A stretch of DNA of 64,000 nucleotides from Microcoleus sp. (GCA_042408215.1 JAYFMW010000028.1:288001-352000), one strand, 5' to 3'. Counted from the stretch's first letter, positions 19,650-30,826 are shown. Numbers and translations: made by a program. Notes: a model not told the origin generated them from the sequence alone.

Positions 19650-21452
19650 TTTGATCGGAATCTTGTCCCCCCCTTCTTAAGGGGGGCTAGGGGGGATCTA
19701 GATTTAATGGTCAAACAGCAGTCTCTGGCTGGGTTTGACGTTAAGTTGACACGAAGAAGGGCTCTTGGAGTGTCCCTACAGTTAGGACACTCCAAGAGCT
19801 CATTAGTGTCAACTTAAGACTGAAACCCCTGAGAAATCTCGTTTTTACGCTAAGTCTAGATCCCCCTAAATCCCCCTTAAGAAGGGGAGTAGGGGTTGAC
19901 TTTGAGAAGATTCCTGTCCCACACCCCCTACTCCCCTACTCCCTTTAAGAAGGGGAGTAGGGGTTGACTTTGATCGGAATCTTGTCCCCCCCTTCTTAAG
20001 GGGGGCTAGGGGGGATCTAGATTTAATGGTCAAACAGCAGTCTCTGGCTGGGTTTGACGTTAAGTTGACACGAAGAAGGGCTCTTGGAGTGTCCCTACAG
20101 TTAGGACACTCCAAGAGCTCATTAGTGTCAACTTAAGACTGAAACCCCTGAGAAATCTCGTTTTTACGCTAAGTCTAGATCCCCCTAAATCCCCCTTAAG
20201 AAGGGGGACTTTGATCGGAATCTTGTCCCCCCCTTCTTAAGGGGGGCTAGGGGGGATCTAGATTTAATGGTCAAACAGCAGTCTCTGGCTGGGTTTGACT
20301 TTAAGTTGACACGAAGAAGGGCTCTTGGAGTGTCCCTACAGTTAGGACACTCCAAGAGCTCATTGGTGTCAACTTAAGACTGAAACCCCTGAGAAATCTC
20401 GTTTTTACGCTAAGTCTAGATCCCCCTAAATCCCCCTTAAGAAGGGGGACTTTGATCGGAATCTTGTCCCCCCCTTCTTAAGGGGGGCTAGGGGGGATCT
20501 AGATTTAATGGTCAAACAGCAGTCTCTGGCTGGGTTTGACGTTAAGTTGACACGAAGAAGGGCTCTTGGAGTGTCCCTACAGTTAGGACACTCCAAGAGC
20601 TCATTAGTGTCAACTTAAGACTGAAACCCCTGAGAAATCTCGTTTTTACGCTAAGTCTAGATCCCCCTAAATCCCCCTTAAGAAGGGGGACTTTGATCGG
20701 AATCTTGTCCCCCCCTTCTTAAGGGGGAGTAGGGGGCAAGAATGCGGGGGGATCTAGATTTAATGGTCAAACAGCAGTCTCTGGCTGGGTTTGACGTTAA
20801 GTTGACACGAAGAAGGGCTCTTGGAGTGTCCCTACAGTTAGGACACTCCAAGAGCTCATTGGTGTCAACTTAAGCCTGAAAGCCTTTGTATCTGTCGTTC
20901 ATAGCCGAGTCTAGATCCCCCTAAATCCCCCTTAAGAAGGGGGACTTTGAGAAGATTCCTGTCCCACACCCCCTACTCCCCTACTCCCTTTAAGAAGGGG
21001 AGTAGGGGTTGACTTTGATCGGAATCTTGTCCCCCCCTTCTTAAGGGGGGCTAGGGGGGATCTAGATTTAATGGTCAAACAGCAGTCTCTGGCTGGGTTT
21101 GACGTTAAGTTGACACGAAGAAGGGCTCTTGGAGTGTCCCTACAGTTAGGACACTCCAAGAGCTCATTGGTGTCAACTTAAGACTGAAACCCCTGAGAAA
21201 TCTCGTTTTTACGCTAAGTCTAGATCCCCCTAAATCCCCCTTAAGAAGGGGGACTTTGAGAAGATTCCTGTCCCACACCCCCTACTCCCCTACTCCCTTT
21301 AAGAAGGGGAGTAGGGGTTGACTTTGATCGGAATCTTGTCCCCCCCTTCTTAAGGGGGGCTAGGGGGGATCTAGATTTAATGGTCAAACAGCAGTCTCTG
21401 GCTGGGTTTGACTTTAAGTTGACACGAAGAAGGGCTCTTGGAGTGCCCCTAC
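19645..21452. repeat. Tandem array of about 7 units (240-320 bp), each a nested REP-like hairpin / IS4-like MITE / GC-palindrome core
   Basis: GTTAAGTTGACACGAAGAAGGGCTCTTGGAGTG(T/C)CCCTACA at about 19740, 20060, 20300, 20541, 20796, 21104 and 21413. CATT(A/G)GTGTCAACTTAAG at about 19801, 20120, 20361, 20602, 20857 and 21165. Confidence 0.92.
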
Positions 21453-21723
21453 AATTAATTGGGCGATGGCTGGGAGCCTCTGCGAGTGCTACGATTATTT
21501 TGGGGTAGGGAAACGGCATTGCCGTGTCCTCTCCGTTGTGGTCGTTCCATTGCGATCGTCAGGAGTGCAACCGGAATTGATATAATTTAAGGAAATTTTA
21601 TAAGGGTTATTGATGAAATTAATCGATCGCCCGATCGCGCACAAGAAAATATCAAAAAGCTTTAAAATTAAAATTTCGAGAGTTCCCTCGTAGCGGTGAA
21701 GAAACTGCAACTGCTGGCTAGTA

Positions 21724-24606
21724 ATGAGCATTGAAGAATATATTCGGCAAGCCCAGGTTTATTTGAACCGGGGAAAGTTAACAGAGGCGATCGATTTTTG
21801 CAAAAGGGCGATCGAACTTCAGCCGTTTTCGCCCTCGGCTTACACGACTTTGGGCGAAATCCTAGAAGCTCAAGGCGATCCGACGGCGGCGAGAGATGCT
21901 TTTGTGCAAGCTTTGGAAATTTCGCCGCGGTTTTTTCTGGCTCACGCTTATTTGGGTCAATTATATAGCGAGTATTGGTGGCTGGATGAGGCGGTTTTTC
22001 ACTACCGGAAAGCTCTGGATTTGAAACCAGACTGGGCGGAATTGCATTATAACTTGGGAAATGTTGTTCATAAACAGGGAAATTTGTTGGGGGCGATCGA
22101 GTGTTATCGAAAGGCGATCGCTCTTAAGCCCGATTATGTACTTGCTTTCTACAATCTGGCTGTGGTTTTAGATGAAAATAATCAGCTCGAAGCTGCAATT
22201 GATAACTACCGACAGGTAATTGCTCTCAAGCCTGATTATGTGGAAGCTTACAGTAATTTGGGCTGCACTTTGGTAAAGGACGATCGCATCCCAGAGGCGA
22301 TCGAAATTTACCAGGCTGGGCTCGCGATTAAATCTGATTGGGCGACGCTTTATAATAATTTGGCTCAGGTGTTGCTTGATAAAAGTCCCGAAAAGGCGAT
22401 CGCGGCTTACCAAAGAGCGATCGAGTTAGAGCCGGATTTGGTTTTGGCTCATTACAATCTGGGGAAAGCATGGCAAATACAGGGAGAACATTCTGCCGCT
22501 GTTGTTTGTTTCGATCGCGTGGTTGAGCTCCATCCTGACTATATTTCGGGCTATACAGACGCAGGCTTTTCTCTGATGGCTTTGGGTAAAATTGCGGAAG
22601 CACTGCCCTATTTTGCCAAAGCAATTGCTGTCAAGCCCGATTTTGTTGAGGCTTACTGCGATTTGGGAGAAACGCAGCCATTTGCTCAAGATGATGATGA
22701 GTTTTCAAAGGCGATCGCAGCTTGTGGTAGATTTTTGCAAGCACTAACTGGAAGGAAGAAGGAAGAGGGAAGTTCGGCAACGGATTCTGTAACGGATTTA
22801 ACGGATGTCAGGAAGTTCGGCAACGGATTCTGTAACGGATTTAACGGATTTAAACGGATTCCCAATTCCCAAGTCCCGATGTCCGATGCCCGATGCCCAA
22901 TGCCCAATGCCCAATTACCAATTGCTGAAATTTGCGATAACTTAGCAGCAATTTACCTGCATTTGGGGAATGCTTTAACAGAGTATGGCGGCCACGAATC
23001 GGCGACAGCTTATTATCAAAAAGCTTTGCAAATTCAGCCTAAAAATACAGAGCTTTACTGGCGATTGGGCAATTCTTTGGTAGAGCAAAAGCGGTTAAAT
23101 GCGGCAATCTTAGTATACCACATGGCTTTGGCAATTCTACCTGCTCTACCGCAAGTTTATTTTGACTTAGCAAAAGTGCTGGAAAAACAGGGCAGTTTGG
23201 AACGGGCGATCGATTATTATCAAAAGGTTTTAGAGTTGCAATTCCACGGGTATACACAACCGCAACTGTCGAAAAAAGCTAATTGTATTCTACTAGAATC
23301 AAGTAAGTTTGAAGTACCTAAAGGCATTTATTTATCCACTTGGGATTGGATTGTTGCTGCTAAGTTAAAAAGTGATAATTATTTAGAAATCGTTTGGAAA
23401 TATGAGACGGAAACCCAACCAGAAAATATTCCCAATGCCCAATGCCCAATGCCCAATGCCCAATTCCCAATGCCCAATTCCCAATTGGCAAATTCCGATT
23501 GTGGTGGTTTAACTTGTGGGCTGTGTTTGCAGCGGATTTCTAAGTGGTTCGATCCGGTGCATTTGGGTTGGGGAGTTTGCCGTTTGTCCAATTCTAAGCC
23601 ACTACCCGTGGAGTCGCAGAAGACTTTTGCTGCTACAATTCCCAATGGGCGAGTTTGGATTGTGCCGCAACAAAATTATTGGCTGATTTGTAAGGCGATC
23701 GCTGTTATTACTCCCGATAACTATTTGTTGGCTGATGTGTCTAGAGATTATCCGGGGTTTTTACCGGTCTGTGAAAAGCATGATATCAGAAAACATAGCG
23801 TTTTTGACTTAGAATCATTTCCTCCTTTAAAGCAGATTGAAGGTAGGGTGGCGGTGCTTTCTGGTTTGTCGGGAAATGTCTATTTTCACTGGATGGTTGA
23901 TGTTTTGCCGAGAATTGAATTGCTGCGGCGAAGTGGTAGGGATTTGGCGGAGATTGACTGGTTTTTGGTGAATAGTTGCCAGCATCAATTTCAGCGGGAA
24001 AGTCTGAGGATTTTGGGGATTCCAGAGGAGAAAGTCTTGGAGAGCGATCGCTATCCTCACCTTCAAGCAACAGAGTTAATTGTACCGTCTTTTGCTGGAT
24101 ATTTGGGCTGGCCTTCTGGATGGGCGATCGATTTTTTGAGGCGGGAGTTTCTTCAGGGAATTATACCTAGTTATAGCTATCCAAAACGGATTTATATCAG
24201 TCGCAGCAAAGCTAGATATCGGCGAGTTTTGAATGAGGCAGATGTGGTTGAGGTATTGGAGGGATTTGGCTTTGTTTCTATTTTACCTGAATCCATGTCT
24301 TTGGAGGAGCAAATTGCCTATTTTTATCATGCTGAGGTAATAGTTACTGCCCACGGTAGCGGGTTGACAAATACGATTTTCTGTCAGGCTGGAACTAAAA
24401 TAATTGAGTTAATGTCACCTCATTATATTAGCCATTATTATTGGGGAAGTAGTCAATATTTGCAGTTGGAACATTACTTTTTAACTGGCGAGGCTTTTGA
24501 ATGCTATCCTATTAGACAGTTGATGTATCAGAATTCGCTGACAGAGGATATTTTGGTGAACTTGAGTTCGCTAAAACGGATGGTTGAAGTGGTTGGTTTG
24601 AGTTAG
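21724..24606 (+). CDS. TPR repeat protein with C-terminal glycosyltransferase family 61 (DUF563) domain
   Basis: Multiple TPRs; [40 protein letters not shown]. Confidence 0.88.
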   Translation: MSIEEYIRQAQVYLNRGKLTEAIDFCKRAIELQPFSPSAYTTLGEILEAQGDPTAARDAFVQALEISPRFFLAHAYLGQLYSEYWWLDEAVFHYRKALDLKPDWAELHYNLGNVVHKQGNLLGAIECYRKAIALKPDYVLAFYNLAVVLDENNQLEAAIDNYRQVIALKPDYVEAYSNLGCTLVKDDRIPEAIEIYQAGLAIKSDWATLYNNLAQVLLDKSPEKAIAAYQRAIELEPDLVLAHYNLGKAWQIQGEHSAAVVCFDRVVELHPDYISGYTDAGFSLMALGKIAEALPYFAKAIAVKPDFVEAYCDLGETQPFAQDDDEFSKAIAACGRFLQALTGRKKEEGSSATDSVTDLTDVRKFGNGFCNGFNGFKRIPNSQVPMSDARCPMPNAQLPIAEICDNLAAIYLHLGNALTEYGGHESATAYYQKALQIQPKNTELYWRLGNSLVEQKRLNAAILVYHMALAILPALPQVYFDLAKVLEKQGSLERAIDYYQKVLELQFHGYTQPQLSKKANCILLESSKFEVPKGIYLSTWDWIVAAKLKSDNYLEIVWKYETETQPENIPNAQCPMPNAQFPMPNSQLANSDCGGLTCGLCLQRISKWFDPVHLGWGVCRLSNSKPLPVESQKTFAATIPNGRVWIVPQQNYWLICKAIAVITPDNYLLADVSRDYPGFLPVCEKHDIRKHSVFDLESFPPLKQIEGRVAVLSGLSGNVYFHWMVDVLPRIELLRRSGRDLAEIDWFLVNSCQHQFQRESLRILGIPEEKVLESDRYPHLQATELIVPSFAGYLGWPSGWAIDFLRREFLQGIIPSYSYPKRIYISRSKARYRRVLNEADVVEVLEGFGFVSILPESMSLEEQIAYFYHAEVIVTAHGSGLTNTIFCQAGTKIIELMSPHYISHYYWGSSQYLQLEHYFLTGEAFECYPIRQLMYQNSLTEDILVNLSSLKRMVEVVGLS

Positions 24607-24630
24607 TTAGCGTCTGGAGTAGTTGGAATT

Positions 24631-27600
24631 ATGCCCTCGATTGAGAAGATGGAAAAAGCAGCGGTTGATTTGAGTCAGCAAGCAGAAATTTATTTAGCTG
24701 AAGGTAGGTTAAATGAGGCTGTGGCTGCTTGTGAGTCAGCGCTGAAAATTGAGCCGAATTGGGCGGCACCTTGTCAGACGCTGGGAAAAGTGATGCAGCT
24801 TCGAGGTGAAATCGAGCCAGCTAAGCAGTGGTATGAAGCGGCGATCGATCGCAATCCAAATTTACCGGAAGTTTACGCGAATCTCGGCAGTTTGTATTCT
24901 CATTCTAAACAGTGGGAAAAGGCGATCGCGGCTTGTGAAAAGGCAATTTCGCTCGCACCGAAATTTGCTGCTGCTTATCGCCAGTTGGCGAGAGTTTGGA
25001 TGCAGTTGGAGAAGCCAGAAGCAGCCACAGAGTGTTGGTATCAAGCTTTTCAGATCGAGCCGAATTGGGCAACGGCTGACGAGCACGTCACTCTGGGAAA
25101 TAGTCTTGTTGAAGAAGGCAAGTTCGATCGGGCGATCGAGTGTTATTCGCGGGCGATCGAGTTCAACCCGAATTTGGCAATAGCTTATCATAATTTGGGG
25201 GAAATGCTGCTCGGTGAAAAACGGTGGCAAGAGGCGATCGCAAATTATGAAAAAGCTATTGAAATCAATCCCAATTTTTTTGAATCTTACCACAGTTTGG
25301 GTAAAACTTGGGCGGATAGAGGAGAATTAGATAAGGCGATCGCCTGTCAACGCAAAAGCCTCGAAATCAATCCAAATTATGCTCGTGCTTACCTGAGTTT
25401 GGGCAATGTTTTGGTGCAAAAGGGCGAGTTTGATGCAGCAATTAACTGTTACCATCAGGCTCTTGAAAATAACGGCAATTCCGCTTGGGCGCATAATTAT
25501 TTAGGGGAAGCTTTTGCTCAACAATCTCGGTGGCAAGAATCTGTGATTTGCTACCGCAAGGCGATCGAATTAAATCCAAATCTTCCTTGGTTTTACCTCA
25601 ATTTGGGAATTGCCTTAACTTGCGAAAAATCCTGGGATCAAGCGGTTGCCGCTTACCTGCGTGCGATTCAGCTTGAGCCGAATTTGACGGGAATTAATCA
25701 GAGGTTGGGATATGTTTTGCGTCAGCGCAGCGCATCGGGTTTAGATAGCACAATTATTAGTTATTGTCAAGATATTGAGATGCTTGCTAGCGGCAAAATT
25801 TACCACAAATTGCTGGGAATTGAGTTAGATGGAGCGGACTTTTATATAAATTTAGGAAATAGTTTAGCGAAACAGAAGCAGTTGGAAGGTGCGATCGTCT
25901 TTTATAGCATGGCGCTGCAAATTGAGCCAAATGCTGCGGAAGTTGTCGCCAAACTCAATGAAGTTTCGACGAAACAACAGGAGTTATACGCACAAATTGC
26001 CTGTTACCGTCGCCAAATTGCGATCGCCCCGAATGATTCTCAAGCGTACAACGATTTAGGAAATATTTTACCGCAATTAGGCGAATTAGACGAAGCAATT
26101 GCCTGTCACCAAAAAGCGAGCGAATTGAGAAGTTGGGTTGAATGTGCGGCGAAAGATTATCAATTTACGCAAGATTGGTTTACCCACAATATCCCTATTT
26201 GGAAACGGCATTTGCAGCAGTTTGCAGGAATGCCAGAATTTCAAGTTGTGGAAATCGGCAGTTTTCAAGGAATGTCGGCTTGCTGGCTGTTGGATAATAT
26301 TTTAACTCACCCCACAGCAAAAATTACTTGTATTGATTTGTATTTCCAAGAACATTTTAAGGGCAATATTGCGAAAACTGGGGTAGGGGATAAAGTAATT
26401 GAATTAGAAGGCTATTCTCAAGACTTATTAGTTAATTTGAATTCCGAATATTACGATATTGCTTACGTTGACGGCTGTCACAAACCCACCAGTGCTCTGC
26501 AAGATGCGATTTTGTCTTGGAGGTTGGTGAAAGTTGGCGGATTGATGATTTTTGACGATTATGAATTTACGTTTCCCGACAGCCCGGAGCAAGATACTAA
26601 AATCGGCATCAATGTCTTCTTGGAGATGTTTGCAAGTCAGTTAGAAGTTGTTCATAAAGGCTATCAACTGATTGCGAAAAAAATCGGCAATCAAAACTTG
26701 GGAGAAGAGCAAGCTCTACTTTCTCAAGGTTGGGAAAAGTTGGGGGATATTGCGGCAAATACGGGTTATTCGGATGAGGCGATCGCCCGCTATCAAACAG
26801 CCATTAAAATTAAGTCTGGCAATTACTTAACTTACCATAAGTTGGGTAAAAGTTTCCAAGAAAAAGAACTGTTTGATGAAGCTGCGGCCGCTTACAAACA
26901 GGCGATCGAACTTAACCCTAATTTTAGTTGGTCTTACCACTTTTTGGGGGAAACTTGGCAAGCAATCAACGAAAATAGTGAAGCTGCGATTGCTTACCGC
27001 AAAGCGATTGCATTAAATCCCGATTTTTGTTGGAGTTATAGCAATTTAGGCGATGTGTTGATGGAGCTTGTTGAGTTGGAGGAAGCTGTTGTTGCTTACC
27101 GCAGATTAATTGAGCTGAATCCAGATTTTTGTTGGTCTTATGATAGGCTGGGTAAGGCTTTGATTGCAGTGAAAAACTGGGAAGAAGCGGCGGCTGCTTA
27201 CCGCAAAGCTATTGAATTAAATCCCGATGATTGTTGGCTGTACAATAGTTTGGGAGAAGTGCTGGAATCCCAAGAAAATTGGGCGGAAGCAGCAGTTGCT
27301 TTTGGCTGTGCTGTTGAGCTAGAGCCAGAGCATAGTTGGCTGTACAAAAAGTTGGGTGATGCTCTGCGAAAACAAGGAGAATTGTCAAGGGCGATCGCAA
27401 TTTATGAAAAAGGCATAAATCTGGAGCCAAAATCCTGTTGGTGTTACGAAGGATTGGGTTTGAGTTTAATGGCAAAACAGCAGTGGGAACCGGCAATAAC
27501 TAATTTAATTCAAGCACTGCAAATTAAACCCGATTTGTTTGGAATTTACTATCATATAGCTTATGCTCTGGAACAAAAAGGAGAAGTGGATGAAGCCGAT

Positions 27601-28722
27601 GTCATAAAATTTGGCCATGAAATGTTGCCGTTAAGTGTGATCAAAAAATACTGTAAATTTACAGAGGATTTGGCAATTACAGCAGAGTCAGATCCGACCA
27701 TTACTTGCATTGAAATCTATCCTGCAAGTCAAATCAATTTATCTGATTCCAAAACAATTGATACCAACAGCAGATGTTGGGAAGATGAAATTTTTTACAT
27801 AAAAAAAGCTTTTGTTGCCGTATTACCAAACGGACGAGCTTGGGCTGATATTGCTACTATCGTCGCCATTACTTCAAACAATAAGCTTGTTACCGATATT
27901 TCAATGGGTTGTCCTGAGTTGGTAATCACTTCCGACAAATTGCATCCCGCCGAACACATTGAGGGAAATGTAGCTTTTTTATCCGCTCGCTGGGGTGGAG
28001 CAGCTTATTTTCACTGGATGTTTGATGTAATTACGCGGTTCGAGCTTTTGCAGCGGAGCGGATTGATAGAAACTATAGATAAGTTTGTTGTCAATGCCTG
28101 CGATTCGAGTTACGAAAAAGAAACTTTAAATACTTTAGGAATTCCTCAAGATAAAATTTTAGAAAGTCGCTACCAGCCACACATCACAGCGGATAAATTA
28201 ATAGTTCCGTCAATTTGCAATGGTGCTGCGGGAACCTCAAAATGGAAGTGCGAATATTTGAAACGAATGTTTTTAAATGAAAAGCAGTCGCTAAAAACAG
28301 ATTATTCAGAACGAATTTATATCAGCAGAGAAAAAGCATCCTATCGGCGAATTGTCAACGAGAAAGATGTCATCGGCTGTTTAGAAAAGTTTGGGTTTCG
28401 TACAGTCAAACTGGAAACGATGTCGGTAGCTGAACAAGCATTATGTCTGGCTGCGGCTAAAGTAGTTGTGGCACCTCACGGAGCGGGATTGACTAATCTA
28501 GTGTTTTGTAATCCGGGAACTAAAGTAATTGAGATTTTTGCTCCGATTTATGTTCCAATTTGCTTTTGGACGATCAGTAATTTGTGTGATTTGGAACATT
28601 ACTATTTGATTGCTGAATTGTTTGATGACAAAACTCAGAAATATCCGGGACATAAAGATATGCGGGTAGATGTGAAATCGCTGGAGAAGTTAATGAATCT
28701 TGCAGGAGTTTTGCATGAATAA
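24631..28722 (+). CDS. TPR - class I SAM methyltransferase - TPR - GT61 (DUF563) fusion protein
   Basis: FTQDWF, VEIGSFQGMSA, YVDGCH, MIFDDY (Methyltransf_24-like); YFHWMFD, RIYISR, APHGAGLTN. Confidence 0.88.
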   Translation: MPSIEKMEKAAVDLSQQAEIYLAEGRLNEAVAACESALKIEPNWAAPCQTLGKVMQLRGEIEPAKQWYEAAIDRNPNLPEVYANLGSLYSHSKQWEKAIAACEKAISLAPKFAAAYRQLARVWMQLEKPEAATECWYQAFQIEPNWATADEHVTLGNSLVEEGKFDRAIECYSRAIEFNPNLAIAYHNLGEMLLGEKRWQEAIANYEKAIEINPNFFESYHSLGKTWADRGELDKAIACQRKSLEINPNYARAYLSLGNVLVQKGEFDAAINCYHQALENNGNSAWAHNYLGEAFAQQSRWQESVICYRKAIELNPNLPWFYLNLGIALTCEKSWDQAVAAYLRAIQLEPNLTGINQRLGYVLRQRSASGLDSTIISYCQDIEMLASGKIYHKLLGIELDGADFYINLGNSLAKQKQLEGAIVFYSMALQIEPNAAEVVAKLNEVSTKQQELYAQIACYRRQIAIAPNDSQAYNDLGNILPQLGELDEAIACHQKASELRSWVECAAKDYQFTQDWFTHNIPIWKRHLQQFAGMPEFQVVEIGSFQGMSACWLLDNILTHPTAKITCIDLYFQEHFKGNIAKTGVGDKVIELEGYSQDLLVNLNSEYYDIAYVDGCHKPTSALQDAILSWRLVKVGGLMIFDDYEFTFPDSPEQDTKIGINVFLEMFASQLEVVHKGYQLIAKKIGNQNLGEEQALLSQGWEKLGDIAANTGYSDEAIARYQTAIKIKSGNYLTYHKLGKSFQEKELFDEAAAAYKQAIELNPNFSWSYHFLGETWQAINENSEAAIAYRKAIALNPDFCWSYSNLGDVLMELVELEEAVVAYRRLIELNPDFCWSYDRLGKALIAVKNWEEAAAAYRKAIELNPDDCWLYNSLGEVLESQENWAEAAVAFGCAVELEPEHSWLYKKLGDALRKQGELSRAIAIYEKGINLEPKSCWCYEGLGLSLMAKQQWEPAITNLIQALQIKPDLFGIYYHIAYALEQKGEVDEADVIKFGHEMLPLSVIKKYCKFTEDLAITAESDPTITCIEIYPASQINLSDSKTIDTNSRCWEDEIFYIKKAFVAVLPNGRAWADIATIVAITSNNKLVTDISMGCPELVITSDKLHPAEHIEGNVAFLSARWGGAAYFHWMFDVITRFELLQRSGLIETIDKFVVNACDSSYEKETLNTLGIPQDKILESRYQPHITADKLIVPSICNGAAGTSKWKCEYLKRMFLNEKQSLKTDYSERIYISREKASYRRIVNEKDVIGCLEKFGFRTVKLETMSVAEQALCLAAAKVVVAPHGAGLTNLVFCNPGTKVIEIFAPIYVPICFWTISNLCDLEHYYLIAELFDDKTQKYPGHKDMRVDVKSLEKLMNLAGVLHE

Positions 28723-30511
28723 TGAGTACCATAATTTGGGTAATTCCCTGCAAGAAAGTGGTCAATTTGATGAGGCTGTGATTGCGTACCAAAATGCGAT
28801 CGCCCAAAATCCCAATTTTTCTTGGTCTTATCACGGTTTGGGCGATGTTTTGCAGAAACTCGAACGGTGGGATGAGGCTGTCGCCACCTACAGAAAAGCT
28901 GTTGAGTTAAATCCTGATTTTTCTTGGTCTTATCATAATTTGGGCGATGTTTTGCTCAAGCTAGAACAATGGGAGGAAGCTGCTGTTGCTTACCGCTGCG
29001 AGATTGAACTCAACCCAGATTTTGCCTGGTCTTTCTGTAATTTAGGCGATGCTTTAACTAAACTAAAACAGTGGAATGAAGCGATTAATGCCTATTTAAA
29101 AGCTATTCTAATTGACCGAGATTTGCCGGGAATATATGAGAAATTTGGTTATGTTCTCCGACAAACAGAGTCTGATTTGAATTCTGTGTTTCAACAATGT
29201 CAATTGCAAATTACACCGGAAAATCGGGAGTTTTGTTTGGGTTTAGGGAGGAGTTTAGCACAGGGCGATCGCCTGGAAAGTGCAATTATTTTTTGTAAAA
29301 TACTCTTGACAAATGAGCCAAATTGTGATATAAAATCGGCGCAATTAGGGGAGTTTTTGCAGGAACAAGAAAAGTGCGTTAGCGCTTTAGCCTCATCTCG
29401 CGAGTGTGTCGCCCAAAAACCAGATGATTGCTGGTCTTATTACAATTTAGGTGCTGTTCTGAGCAATCAAAAAAAGTGGGATGAAGCGGCGACTTCGTTC
29501 TTGAAAGCAATAGAAATAAATCCCGATTTCTACTGGTGGTTTTATTACAATTTGTGGGAAGTTTTGGTTAAGCAAAATAAGCTGGAGGAAGTCGCGACTT
29601 TGTATCGCAAAGTTGTGGAAGCTCAACCGGATGCTTTTTGGCCTTATTTGAATTTGGGGGAAGCTTTGACTAGACAAGGCAAAATTGAGGAGGCGATTTG
29701 CTGTTATCAAACTGTTAGTTATCAGCAAACTTGGGGAGCTATTATAAGTAAGAACACAGGCCAGATGCCTGTTCTACAAAATACAGTAAAAGTTCCCAAT
29801 TTTATCATCATTGGTTCCCAGCGCTGCGGCACAACTTCTCTGTACACTTATTTAGCTCAACACCCGCAAATTTTGACTCCGATTAAAAAGGAAATGGATT
29901 TTTTCTCGTGGCATTTTGACAGAGGGATTGATTGGTATTTGGCTCATTTTCCACCCATACCAGCCGGGGAGCAATTTTTGACCGGTGAAGCAAGTCCGAG
30001 CTATTTTGACTCTCTGGAAGCACCGGAACGGCTCTACAGCGCGTTTCCAGAGGCTAAGCTAGTTGTACTTTTGCGAAATCCGGTCGATCGGGCTATTTCT
30101 CAATTCTACCGCTTGACTGACTTAAATTGGGAAGGGCGATCGTTCGATCGGGCAATTAGCGATGAGATTGAAAGATTGAATCAAAATCCAGCATATATTA
30201 TTGGCGAGGAACCGGGCAATTATTTAGCTCGCGGTAGGTATGTAGAATTTATGAAAAACTGGCTGGCTTTTTTCCCGAAACAACAGTTGTTAATTTTGAA
30301 AAGCGAAGATTTTTATGCAGGTGCGGCGGCGACTGTCAAACAAGTTTTAGAGTTTTTAGATTTGCCGGAATATCAATTACCTGAGTATCCAAATGCTAAT
30401 CCCGGTTCTTATCAGCCTATCAGCGATTCGGTGCGTTGCTGGTTGAGCGATTATTTTAGACATTACAATCAGCAACTAGAGGAGTATTTAGGCATAAAAT
30501 TTAATTGGTAA
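28715..30511 (+). CDS. TPR repeat protein with C-terminal sulfotransferase domain
   Basis: PNFIIIGSQRCGTTSLY (5'-PSB loop), GEASPSY, LLRNPVDRAIS (3'-PB); ATG overlaps the upstream stop. Confidence 0.9.
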   Translation: MNNEYHNLGNSLQESGQFDEAVIAYQNAIAQNPNFSWSYHGLGDVLQKLERWDEAVATYRKAVELNPDFSWSYHNLGDVLLKLEQWEEAAVAYRCEIELNPDFAWSFCNLGDALTKLKQWNEAINAYLKAILIDRDLPGIYEKFGYVLRQTESDLNSVFQQCQLQITPENREFCLGLGRSLAQGDRLESAIIFCKILLTNEPNCDIKSAQLGEFLQEQEKCVSALASSRECVAQKPDDCWSYYNLGAVLSNQKKWDEAATSFLKAIEINPDFYWWFYYNLWEVLVKQNKLEEVATLYRKVVEAQPDAFWPYLNLGEALTRQGKIEEAICCYQTVSYQQTWGAIISKNTGQMPVLQNTVKVPNFIIIGSQRCGTTSLYTYLAQHPQILTPIKKEMDFFSWHFDRGIDWYLAHFPPIPAGEQFLTGEASPSYFDSLEAPERLYSAFPEAKLVVLLRNPVDRAISQFYRLTDLNWEGRSFDRAISDEIERLNQNPAYIIGEEPGNYLARGRYVEFMKNWLAFFPKQQLLILKSEDFYAGAAATVKQVLEFLDLPEYQLPEYPNANPGSYQPISDSVRCWLSDYFRHYNQQLEEYLGIKFNW

Positions 30512-30553
30512 TTGGGCGAAGCGAAGCTCCGGCATGGGGCATGGGGCATGGGG

Positions 30554-30756
30554 CATTGCTGTCAACTTAAGCCTAAAACCCCAGAGAAATCTCGCTTTTA
30601 GCTAAGTCTCGATCCCCCTAAATCCCTTAATAAGGGAGTAGGTTGACTTTGAGAAATACTCTTGTCCCCCCCTTATTAAGGGGGGGACGGGGGGATCGAT
30701 GCCTAATCGTCAAACAGCAGACCGGTACTACGTTTGACCTTAAGTTGACACTAATG
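30554..30756. mobile_element. Solitary IS4/IS231-like MITE, same family as the 19.6-21.5 kb array unit
   Basis: TIR CATTGCTGTCAACTTAAG / CTTAAGTTGACACTAATG; GGCATGGG on both flanks; internal GC palindrome core. Confidence 0.8.
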
Positions 30757-30796
30757 GGCATGGGTAAGTAGAACAACCTCAAAAAACCCGATCCCC

Positions 30797-30826
30797 TTGA
30801 CAACTCATACTCATTATGAGTACGAT
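30797..30826 (+). promoter_or_regulatory. Sigma70-type promoter with an overlapping 7-1-7 palindromic operator (Fur/PerR-like)
   Basis: TTGACA (30797), 18 bp, TACGAT (30821); TACTCAT-T-ATGAGTA at 30808-30822. Confidence 0.6.

Noticed and set aside
19645..21452. Possible CRISPR or guide array, and repeated ORFs MECPNCRDTPRALL...
   Set aside because: Intervening sequences are identical between units. The ORFs are translations of the repeat with TTG starts and differing ends.
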